Shown here piece after piece: positions 41,801 to 53,800 of a stretch of DNA of 64,000 nucleotides. A program made the position numbers and the translations under genes. The DNA comes from Bugula neritina. Lineage: Eukaryota > Animalia > Bryozoa. The stretch is from assembly GCA_964035545.1 (NCBI GenBank), contig OZ037765.1:7016698-7080697 (forward strand). Direction: 5' to 3'. The number at the start of each line of letters is the position of its first letter. Position 1 is the stretch's first letter. The notes under the pieces are model-generated. The model had not been told where the DNA came from and ran no database searches. It saw nothing but the letters and a program-made list of their open reading frames with translations.

Positions 41801-44800
41801 GTTGACCTTTAAACTGTGTAAAATTGAGGTTGTTCACTAAAATTTCAAAAATATATTTTTCTAATATTAAAAAAACTAGCATAAGTTACAGTTGTACAGA
41901 TAGATATATATAGATGACTGACTGCATGGGGTAAGTAATGTGAAACACTGAGGCAAGTGGTTGAAGAGTACTTCAAACAAACTACATTGACTACAATAGT
42001 AAGCTTATATAACTTTAGCCATATTATAAAACAAGCTTTGCCCTTGTAAAAACGTGTGAGCAATGTTCATGACCACATGAACGTTGTTGAAAGACTGACT
42101 GTATATAACATTCATCTGTATCAGAGCTCTAAGCATTATAAAATATGTTGCTATGGCTGGTATACGACTACTTTCAACAGCAAATGCTTTAATATGGTAC
42201 GATTTAATTTGCAGAATTGTGTGAATGTATTCCAATTATTAGCATAAAGATAATTCTACAAACATCAAAGCATGAATGACTACTTGCAGGCCTCCATAGG
42301 AAAAAAATTCACTGCTTTGAGGATTTTTCCTTGTGCTGCCTGGATGAGACCAGTGACCTCTTTTCTGAGATATGAGTTGGGGGCAAATGTTATGTGCCTT
42401 CAATCAATATATTCAGTTTATAGATCTTTTACTTACATTACACATTAAAGACCATTGTTCTTCTCCATTATACAGAGAAGTAATATATTATACTTTTAGC
42501 TGTAAGAGTACTTGTTAAGCTGTAAATTGTACAACATTAACCACAAAACAGTGAAAGAAAACTGAGTTATTTTGCAGTTGCCAAGAACTACATCACTTCC
42601 CTGAGGCATTATTTACCATACAAATAGGCTAAGTAAATAGAAGGGTTTGAGAACTCAAACAGAAACTGCTTTCTTCCTTGATGACACGAACTATATCAGC
42701 TTACTCAGTGGGGATTAAACAAGAGGGAAGTAAAAGGAAATACCCTAATGAACTTTAAGGGGGAATATAGCATAGTATCAGTATAGGATCAACATGTGTG
42801 ACACATTCATAGAACATGTTCACTAAACTTACAGATATGAAAAGCCCCAAACATGCACCAGCAATGTTTCCCAACAGCACCATGCCTCCCATTACTCCAG
42901 AATTCACTCCTACAACAAATAAGACGAATCCAAAGTACAACGATATACTTACATGTAGCTGGGAGGTACTATATAGCCATATGTTATAATGGTTAGCAAT
43001 TATTCACTTAAGTTTATAGTCACCATCACCTGATGGAAAGGGTTTTTTAAAGGGCTAAAGACTTATTCATTTGGGGCACAGGAGCAACTATGACTGGATG
43101 CTCTTCCTAACACCACCAATGACCACATCATGTCATACTAGGTGATATCAATATCGACACTCTTAAATCCGATCCTGTGAGTACATCTTACCTCAACATC
43201 CTATCCTGCTCTCATTTTATAAATTCAATTCAGATTCCTACACGATACAATTCTTGCTTAGATCATATAAATGTTAATTTTTATGATAAATTCTTAACAT
43301 CTGGAACAATAACAACAAGCATAGCAGATCACTTGCCTACTTTTATCAAAATAGAAAATTTAACTAACTATTTTAATATAACTAAATCTACAAACATTAG
43401 AAATTATAAGAAAATAAATGAAGAACTATTTTTGAAAGATCTTTCTAAAGTAGACTGGAACTCCAAAGTATATGCCAAGAAAGATGTGAATTCTAGGTAT
43501 GACAGTTTCTTTAAAATATTTATGGATTTATGCAATAAACATGCTCCATTAGTAAAATTCTCAACAAATTGGCCACGCAAACTTAAAACAAATAAAAGAC
43601 CCTGGATTAGTGTTGAATTAATTAAGCTGATGAACAAAAGGGATTATGTTTATAGACAATCCTTAAATTCCCCTCTAAACTTGAAACTTAAATTTAAACA
43701 TAAAACTCTAAAAAATTTAGTTACGAAGAATTTGCGTAGATCCAAGACTTTATATTTTGAATCTTTTTTTGAAAATACTTCAGATTCTAGTAAATGTTGG
43801 AAAGTCATAAACGAACATCTAGGAAAAAATCGATCAAAGAGATTAAATGCTCCTAAAAGTTTAACATCTGAAAATATTACACTAACTGAAAATAAGGACA
43901 TAGCAAACAGTTTTAATAAATACTTTACTTCCATAGGAACAACGTTATCAAAGAAATTCACTGACGACAATTTTGATTTTACAGCTCAGAAGTCAGATAA
44001 AAAACTTGATGAACAGTTTAGCTTTACAAATATTGAAAGCACAGTCATTGAAAGCTTACTTAAAGATGTAAACCCAGCCAAAGCTGCAGGATTAGATTTA
44101 GCTCCCACCAACCTAATAAAAATATCTGCATCTCATCTTTCAAAGCCTTTAGCTTACATTATAAACACAATTATCAATGATGGCGCTTTTCCAAATGAAC
44201 TAAAAAAAGCTAAAGTTGTTCCTCTACACAAAAAAGGCATAGCTACTGATGTAAGTAATTACCGCCCAATTTCTATACTACCTGTTTTCAGTAAGATAGC
44301 TGAAAAGATTTTAAATAAGCAAATAGTAGATTTTCTAGAAAGCAAAAATTATTTAACTGATAAGCAGTACGGCTTTAGACGAAATAGAAACACAAATATT
44401 GCCTTAATTAATCTAACAAATAAGGTTTTAAATGCCATGAACAATGGTAATTCTGTAGCTGGAATTTTCCTCGATTTTAGTAAGGCCTTTGACACAATAA
44501 ATCATGAAATCTTATTAGCTAAATTAAAAATGCTCCACTTTTCAAGTCACAGTGTGAAGCTAATTAAAAATTATCTGTCCAATCGTCAACAGTCTACTAT
44601 TATTAACAACACATATTCTGACTTTATTCATATCACATGTGGAGTACCACAAGGATCCATACTTGGTCCCACACTATTCCTAATTTATATAAATGATCTT
44701 CCAGATGTAACTATGCATTTAGACCCTATATTATTTGCCGATGATACGAACCTCTTCTTTGAATCAAAAAATCTATTAAACAATATGGACGTCATAAACT

Positions 44801-47800
44801 GTGAATTAAAGAAAATTGAAAATTGGTGCAATAAAAATAAATTAACTGTAAATATGAGTAAAACAAACTATATGATAATCAAAACAGCGCAAAATAAACA
44901 AGATTTAAATGGCTTTGCCTTAGAAATGTTTAACAAAAAATTAGTGGAAGTAAAATCAACTACCTTCTTAGGTATTATAATAGATTCACATCTTTCTTGG
45001 CAACAACATTGCAGCAAACTTTGTCAAAACCTAAGGCCCTTAGTAGGCTTGATAAGTAAATGTTCCAATCACCTACCTAGAAAAATTCTAATACAAATAT
45101 ATAACTCTTTTGTAAATTCTAAATTAACATATTGCCTAGAATCGTGGGGTAATGCAGCAAACATTTATCTTGAACCACTACATTTACTGCAAAAGAAAAT
45201 ACTGAGAATTATATATAAAAAGCATCACCTTTCCCCATCTAAACCACTGTTTCTTAGTTCTTCAATCATGCCTATTCACACTCTACACAAATTCAAATTA
45301 ATACTGCTCTCACATAAACTTTACTATTCTCAACTAACACATCTCACACATAACTATCCCACAAGATTTTCAGAGTTCAGCCTACAAACTCCTCCATCAT
45401 CAACTGCTGCAGGTCAACGAAGAGTGGAATTCCAATGTTCGTCGCTATGGAATAAATTGCCTAGTTCTATTCGTGCTGTGGAGAGGGAGGCTGGTTTCAA
45501 ACTTGCCCTGAGAGACCATCTAATGGCAAATTTCCAGATAAAAAAATAATACTTTTTTAAGTTGCTAAAACTTCCAAAAACCTAAACAAAAATCTTATAT
45601 AACTGTCAACCATTCATGGCTCGGTGCCCCGACTAGCTACAGTGCTATTGCGCCATAGGCCCTGTCATTTTGTTTATTTTTTTCTCAATTAATTTTTTCC
45701 CGACTATGACAAAATAAAAAACAAACAAACAAACAAACCCATGACCTAAGCCAGTGATTTAACCCCTAGAACTGATAAACATTTATAGGGCTAAAATTAT
45801 TTAACAGCAATTAGTTAAAATGGTAGTGCGCCAGCTTCATCAAATAAAACTTTGGAATGTGTACATGGCCTATGGGTTAGTTACTGTTTGCATTTTGATA
45901 AGAGAATATATTAAGAAGTTCCTTATTAGATTAGCTCACCCTACAACTACACACTCCCACAGTAACACACACTAGTTGTCATTCATTTTATAAGTCATAA
46001 ATTCAACCTGAAGAAAAGTTTTGTAATCTTCAAAAATTAGATAAATAGGGTCACATATTTTATAAAAAATATAAATTATTACTTTTTCCAAAGCTCTTAT
46101 ATTGTGGTGGTTCGTGGAACTACCAGCAGCACAACATGCAGGGTCGCGTAATTGACCCGGAACAATGGATAGCCAATTAGCGTAGTTGATAGTTAGCAGC
46201 AATTGTAGTTTCCCGCTGCTAACTCAGTCGAAGCTAGAGTGTGAAATAGATTAGATGTGTAACTTGTTTGAAATAATGTATCGTGTTTTTATAATGTATA
46301 GTTGTGTATAAAATATACTCGTTCACTCGACTTAGCCTGGTGCAGTTCTATAATAGATAAATAGACTCTCTGGATAGTACATCAACCCTAAAACTGAAAA
46401 TCATAACAGTGGTGGCAGCGGTGGGATAGTGCATCCAAGATGGAGACTGAAAATGCTGGAACTCAACCACCGGCAATCGAAGGTGAGCGTAGAGACAATG
46501 CTGTAGAGACAATGCCTGTTAACCATGTAGTAGAAGAGCGAAGGGTTCCACGAGAACTAGCTGAATACCACTACAGGTTAAAGGCGCCCACCTTCACGGG
46601 TGAAGAGGAGGTGGAACAATTCATCCAAGAGTTTAGCGACGTAATGGACGTCGCTCAGTGGCCCCCTAGGGTGGCCCTGCTGAAGCTTAGAATGGCATTG
46701 ATGGACAAAGCCAAGCCCTATGGGCTGGGCGTAGACATTGATAATATCTTTGCTTCTCTGCGGGCCCGCTTTGGCCTCTCGGCTACAGATGCCAGGGCCC
46801 GATTACAGAGGTTGCGGCGTGATTCCCGCACCCCGCTGCGGGAGCATGCCGCCGCGGTCATGAAGCTGGCACAGATCGCGTACAGCGACTTGCCCCCAGT
46901 CAACCGTGAGAGGTACACCCTCGACGCTTTCATAGCATCTGTCGACGATCTGGGTCTCCACCACCAGTTTCTAGCTAGGGGAGTCACCACCGTTGAAGAT
47001 GCTCTGACTGAGGGGGAAGCTTACCTCCTAGCTAACCAAATGCATAAAAGTCGCGGAAGCTCCCGCCAAGTGGAGATAGACCGCGCAGACACGGCCGCGG
47101 GACAAGGGGAGGAAACCCCCGCCGCGGCTGCCGTGTCCCAGTTGGCGACGGCATCAAAAGTCACTCAACTGACGGATATGCTAGCCAAGCTGATAGCAAC
47201 ACTGACACCACAAAACCCAGTGAGTACCGCCCCTGAGCCCATGCGGCCATCGGCGCCGCCACAGGGAGAAACAGTCAGTTTTTGCTGGGAGTGCGGAAAT
47301 CAAGGACATTTCCGCCGATATTGTTCCTTCCTAAATCAGGGGTTAAACTACCGCGGCCCGCAGATGTTCCCACCTTCCGCGGGCCGACGAAACCTCTAGG
47401 GAAGAAGAAACGCAGGTCACCCAGACGGGTACCGCGTACTGGCAACCAACAGTGGCAACAGCCACGACGGACCAGCAAGGGGCTTCGCCCCGCGGCTGCC
47501 TTTTCTATGCCCCTTCACAACAGATTCACAGGGCTACAAGTCCAAGAATCTGGATGGGAGCACACAAAGGTAGCCGAGAATCTAGCCTCGGCACCCCCGA
47601 GGCCTGCCTATCACCGCCCCAAGAGACCTCCTTCGCGACCCAAAGCGAGGGGGGTACTCCCTGCGAGAGTAAGGCCTGAAGGGAGAGTTCAGGTGCAGCC
47701 CCATGGGAACAGCTATTTCTTGCCCGGCAAACTGGAAGGCAAAGCTGTTACTTTTCTCATTGATTCGGGCTGTACCACAAACCTCTTAAGCCGCCAACTC

Positions 47801-50800
47801 TTCGACACCCTCAGTGCTAGGGTCAGGGGCGAGATGGAAGCATACGAAGGGGAATACGGCACCCTAGCTGACGGGTCATGCCTTCCCTTCTATGGTATAA
47901 TTGAGCTGACGGGACGAGTCCGTGATCAGACGATCCAAGAGACGTTTATCGTCAGTCAGCTCAAGGAGGATGCTATCCTCGGGATGCCGTTCCTTAAACG
48001 GCACGGATGTCACATAGATTTTAGCAGATCTGCAATGATGATGTCCGGGCGGGAACTCGCCTGCGTCGACAAGTTCGGCTGCCCTTTAGTGGGAGGTGTG
48101 CAAGTGGTACGCAACCGTACCATACCAGGCCGCTCCCGGGCTACCATTCACTGCAGGGTGAATAGTAGCCGGATCTCTGGACTCGGGGTGGTTGAAGGCG
48201 CGCACGAAAAGATCCAACTTGCCAGCAGTCTGAATCAGCTGACTGAGCAAGGGGAGATCTTAGTGCAGTGCGTCAACCCCTTTACCGAGCCTATCAAGCT
48301 CCCGGCTGGGTCGATGCTGGGCCGTTTTCACTCTGTTCAAGAGGGAGACGTAGGCCCGTCGCTGGGTGATGCGACAGAGGCACTCCCTCGACACCCTATT
48401 CAGGGACGAGGGGCAGTCCCAACACATCTCCGGGAGTTATACGAGACAGCCAGTGGCGGCTGCGCGAGTAACAGAGAACGCCAAGCTATGGCCAAGTTAC
48501 TACGCGACTACGGTGATGTGTTCAGCAGCGGGGAGCATGACGTGGGACTGACTGGAATTGTCAGACACGAAATACCGCTGACTGCAGGGACAGTCCCTGT
48601 CCGGCAGCCCACACGCAGGCTGGGGCCGGAGAAAGAGAAGGAGGTTAGCCGACAAGTACGGGATCTTCTGGACCGGGGACTGATAGAGCCCGCCCATAGT
48701 GCGTGGAGCTCGCCAGTCGTACTGGTCCGGAAGAAAGACGGCAGTTGGCGGTTCTGTGTGGACTACCGCAAACTCAATAGCGTAACCATACAGGACGCCT
48801 ACCCTCTACCTCGTATTGACGAGTCATTGGACGCTCTAGCCGGCAGCAAGTACTTCAGTACGTTAGACTTGCTAAGCGGCTATTGGCAGGTTCCTCTGAG
48901 TCCCGACGCCCAAGAGAAAGCGGCGTTTATCACACGGGACGGTTTGTGGAAATAGAAGGTGCTGCCCTTCGGGTTAACCTCCGCCCCAGCCACCTTCCAG
49001 AGGCTGATGGAACAAGTCCTTAGCGGACTCCATTGGAAGACACTGCTGGTCTACCTCGATGATGTCATCGTAATCTCTCCAGACTTCGAGACACATGTCA
49101 GTCGTCTGCAGGAGGTTTTCGAGAGACTCCGAGGTGCCGGTCTTAAGCTCAAACCTTCGAAGTGCGCTCTGTTGCAGCCGGAGGTCAAGTACCTGGGGCA
49201 CGTTGTCGGTCGAAACGGCGTGGCAACGGATCCCGAGAAGGTACGGGCAGTAGAAGACTGGGTCACCCCCCAAGACTTGACCGGACTCCGGGCTTTCTTG
49301 GGGCTGGTAGGGTATTACAGGCAATACATACCAGACTTTGCGGGCATAGCCCAGCCGTTAAACCGGCTTACCGCAAAGGGAGTGACGTGGCAGTGGACTC
49401 CAGTCGAACAAGAAGCGTTCGACCGCCTCAAGGGCTGCCTCCTAACGGCGCCCATCTTGGCCTACCCAGACCCCACTCTGGAGTACATCCTAGACACGGA
49501 CGCCAGTGACCAGAATGTTGGCGCTGTGCTGTCACAAGTGCAGGAAGGCCGAGAAGTAGTAGTAGCCTACTACAGCAAGTCTCTCTCTCCCGCTGAACGA
49601 AATTACTGCACTACCCGCAAGGAACTGCTGGCAGTAATCAAGTCAGTGAAGCACTTCAGACCATACCTATATGGCAGGAAGTTCTGGCTGCGTACGGATC
49701 ATGCCTCGCTGATCTGGTTGTGCAAGAGGGCAGAGCCCTCTAGTCAGGTCGCCCGGTGGCTCGAAATCCTAGCTGAATTCTCATACCGGATCGAACATCG
49801 ACCGGGCAAGAGACACAGCAATGCGGATGGGTTGAGTCGCCGACCTGACGGAGGTTGCAAACAGTGTCTCAACATCGAGAGGAGGGATGGAGGTCCCCCA
49901 CGATGCGAGTTGGAGACGCTGGCTCATCACGGAGCACCGTTTGACTGGGATCAAGGTCAACTCAGGCAGAGAGTTGATGAATCCCCGGAGGATGTACAAA
50001 ACCTCCGCGCCAACCCTGTACTGGCCGGTAATGTTCGAGAGCTGAAGAAGCTCCAAGAAGAGCTGCCTGGAGTCGTGGCAGACATATACCGGGCCAAAAG
50101 GGAAGGGCGACGACCCAGCGAGGAACGCATACGACAGGGATGCGCCGAGTTCAGGCTATACTGTCAGCGTTGGGACTCGCTGCGGATCGGGCAGGATGGG
50201 TTGCTAACCATCTCTCTAGCTGCCAGCGGTAGACACCCGGAAAGGAAGAGGGTAGTCTGCCCCACAGCCATCCGCCGTGAGTTGATTTGGGATACTCACA
50301 AACAGGCCCACGCAGGGGTCAAGCGAGTGATGTCCAAATTACGACTCCGGTGGTATTGGCCGCAGATGGAGCGTGACGTCCGGCTCAGAGTCAAACAGTG
50401 TGAAATCTGCCAGGCCAGTAAGCATAGCCGCCCCCCTGGTGAAGCAGGACGGCGGAGGCTATATGCTGGTAGGCCCTGGCAAGTAGTCGCTGTAGACCTG
50501 GTCGGACCCATGCCCCTGACCCCCAGAGGCAATAATTGGATCCTAGTACTAACCGACCACTTTACTAGGTGGGCGGATGCTCTGGCTATCCCAGATGCAT
50601 CAGCCCCAACAGTGGCCAGGGCACTAGACCAACATGTATTCTGTTATTTTGGGCTTCCCGAACAGATACACTCTGATCAAGGCGCTCAATTCCAGTCTCA
50701 ACTGATGAGCGACCTTTGCCACCTCTGGGGAGTAAATCAGAGCAGGACCACCCCCTACCACCCTCAAGGTAACGGGGTGGTGGAGCACAACAACCGGATG

Positions 50801-53800
50801 CTAGGTGATGCGCTCCGGAGTCTCCTCCTTGGACGAGGTCAAGAGGAATGGGATACGGTGTTGCCGCAAGTCATGCGTGCATATCGTAGCACCCCACACA
50901 CCAGTACTGGTGAGACCCCAAACCTCTTGATGCTCGGGAGAGAGACTCGTGTCCCTGACCATCTCACCTATCACGTTCCAGAGCAAGATAACTCGGTTCA
51001 CGAGTATGCCAGTGAACTAGTGGAACGGATGAAGGCCGCACACGATATACTGCGTCAACAGCAGTGGAAGGTGCGGCACGAAGATTCCGATGAACCCCCT
51101 CTCTATCAAAGGGGAGATAAGGTGTGGATGGTCAATTACCGTAGGCGCCGCGGACAGGCTGATAAGCTGAAGCCTAAGTTCGTAGGCCCCTACGTGGTCG
51201 TCGAGGCTATGCCCAATCATACGTACAAGATTGAGCGCTCAGGACAGGTGTCTATCCAGAATGAGTCTCGCTTGAAACCGTATTGGGCTAGCCCCGGCGG
51301 AGTGGGAGAAGCCCCCCCGTTGTTAGAGCCCAGAAGGCAGACAACGACGCGCGGGCGACGGCGGCATGGACCTGAATACGAAGTGGTCATACCGCGGGAA
51401 GAAAACTTGGTGAGAGAGGAGCGGCAGCTTCTGCCAACAGAAGCGTGTCCGCCACCGCCAAGTCTGATTTCATCACTTCCAGAAACCGAGCCGGTTCCGG
51501 AAGTGCAAACCCCCACGGAGGGAGGGGCTCCATCCGGAGAACAAGAAGAGGTGACTGCTGACGGTGAAGTAGAGACGCCATTAGAGGCCCCTACTAACGA
51601 ACCGGCAAGCGTGTCACCCCCCCTAGAAAGGGGACAGCGTACGAGGCAACCCCCCGCATACTTGAAGGACTTCGTATGTGACTGCGTTAAAAGCGGCACA
51701 CATGAAAGTTTAGGGGAAAACCGTACGAGAAAAGAATCGAGCAAATGTGGGAGTTGTCAACACCACGGGAATATCAACTTTTACATCGGCGGAAATAGAA
51801 ATAAAATTCATCCGCCGGGTGCACAAAGTCTTAATCACGCACCCCAACCACGTTGCTCGATCTTTTCATACGCTGATGCAGTCAGGAGTAGACGTGTTTC
51901 TAAGCAGTAGTTCAAACCATTTCACATATTCAGTATGTCTTACGACAACAGATCGTGGGGTGAGTTAACTATATCTTAATACGAAACTAGATTGCATCGC
52001 TCAGCTCTGACTCACTGAGGCAATCGAGCTGGAGATAGGTTAGTGAAATACCGTAGTAAGAACTCAGTTTGACTTAGAGATTTTTATAATCTCATTGCAA
52101 TACGGTTCTATCTGACTATTCACTATCATTAATCTCTACGAGGTAACTGAATTAGGAGTTGCCAAGCTGTTCAAGCTGACAACACGGCAGTGTACTGTAC
52201 TAACACTGTTGAAACTTTTTCAGATTACACTCGACCCGCTACAACCAGGGTACGGGATAGAACACTTCCCGCTCCGTATCCAGAGGACCAGGCTAGTGGT
52301 GACCGGCCTGAGCCACTACGCCGCCGTTGGCGGTGGGTGTCTCCACAAACCGAAGAAGAAATAGAAACAGCCTGGGGGTCCAGAGGACGGACGAGATGCC
52401 AGATCTGTGGTGAAGATTGCGCCTCTCACCGCTCCCTTAAACTACACGTCAATGCTCACCTCCTACTGACCTTCTGCCCCTGCGGGTACAATGATGTGTA
52501 TCCCTACCCCGTCACCAAACACAGAGCGGCGGGCTGTTTCCCTGGAGAAAACTATGTGGTCGACGCTAAGCTGTACCCGGAGTTCCTCACATATATACGA
52601 CCTCTGGTAAAGAAGGCCATGCTATTAGCCGTTCTATCCTCGGGGTTCCAACGTGTGTTAGACAACGCCCGCCAACAATCCCCGTTGGTGTCTGACCGCC
52701 CTCAAATTACATACACCCCCGAGGAAACTACATATCCAGAAGAAGGAGAGATCTCCCCTACCCCGGCGAAGAGACGGACCAGGTCCCCCAGTCCACCCTT
52801 ACGCCGCAGACGGACACCGTCCCCCGACCCGTTACGACTAGCCACAGTAGAAGAACGCCTCCTACGATTACAAGAAGAGTTCACCCAGCTGGCACCAGAC
52901 CTACTTAACACTACAACAGGACTCTTCCAGCTCAAGGGATCCGTATGCCGTATGAAACGGAAACTGCGTACATGCCAAGCCAAGCACCGGCGTGCCCAAC
53001 AAGGACTCTAGTATGCTACCCAGAATACTCCACATTTGGTGAGGAACCAAACTCGTGTAAATGCTTAACTGCTAGACAGGTTAATCCTTGTCTACTACCA
53101 CAGCTAGCTAGTATTCCTCGTCTATCTATAGCTGGCCAATTGTATGCAACGGATCGTTACCGTGACTCTGTCTATTATTATGTCTCTTCCTGTATATTAT
53201 GTATTATTTTTGTCCACTGATGTCTGCAATTACTATTGAATGTTTTTTTTATATATATATCAGAAAGATAGCTTTCTGCTGGTGGGGGCGGTGTGGTGGT
53301 TCGTGGAACTACCAGCAGCACAACATGCAGGGTCGCGTAATTGACCCGGAACAATGGATAGCCAATTAGCGTAGTTGATAGTTAGCAGCAATTGTAGTTT
53401 CCCGCTGCTAACTCAGTCGAAGCTAGAGTGTGAAATAGATTAGATGTGTAACTTGTTTGAAATAATGTATCGTGTTTTTATAATGTATAGTTGTGTATAA
53501 AATATACTCGTTCACTCGACTTAGCCTGGTGCAGTTCTATAATAGATAAATAGACTCTCTGGATAGTACATCAACCCTAAAACTGAAAATCATAACAATA
53601 TTTAACACAAAAGGTTAGAAACTCCTATTATTAGTGGCCTTAGTTCTATGGAGTTGAAACTCCATAGAACTCAAGATCAATTATAAATCAGATGTCAATA
53701 GTTTAATTCACAGTCTATGAAAGAGTTTATAGTATAATGAATATATGCATAACCAAATTGGTTTAATGGTTAATTAATTTGGCCAATTTCATGTTGAACC

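Larger units (their letters stand above)
46103..53597 (+). mobile_element. Full-length Ty3/Gypsy LTR retrotransposon (7495 bp) with an extra ORF3, antisense in MFS intron 7
   Basis: TG...CA LTRs, 4-bp ATAT TSD (46099-46102 and 53598-53601), PBS, gag, pol in PR-RT-RH-IN order, PPT. Confidence 0.97.

Noticed and set aside
48953-48961. Programmed stop-codon readthrough
   Set aside because: The stop is in the middle of RT, lacks a CARYYA-type context, and a -1 frameshift already explains pol expression.
46718-52983. Many short antisense or alternative-frame ORFs inside the Gypsy element
   Set aside because: Expected shadows of GC-rich coding sequence; no recognisable domains.
52190-53011. ORF3 as an envelope gene, or initiated at GTG 52190
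   Set aside because: No signal peptide or transmembrane anchor; the first codons look like an intron 3' end with a canonical acceptor.
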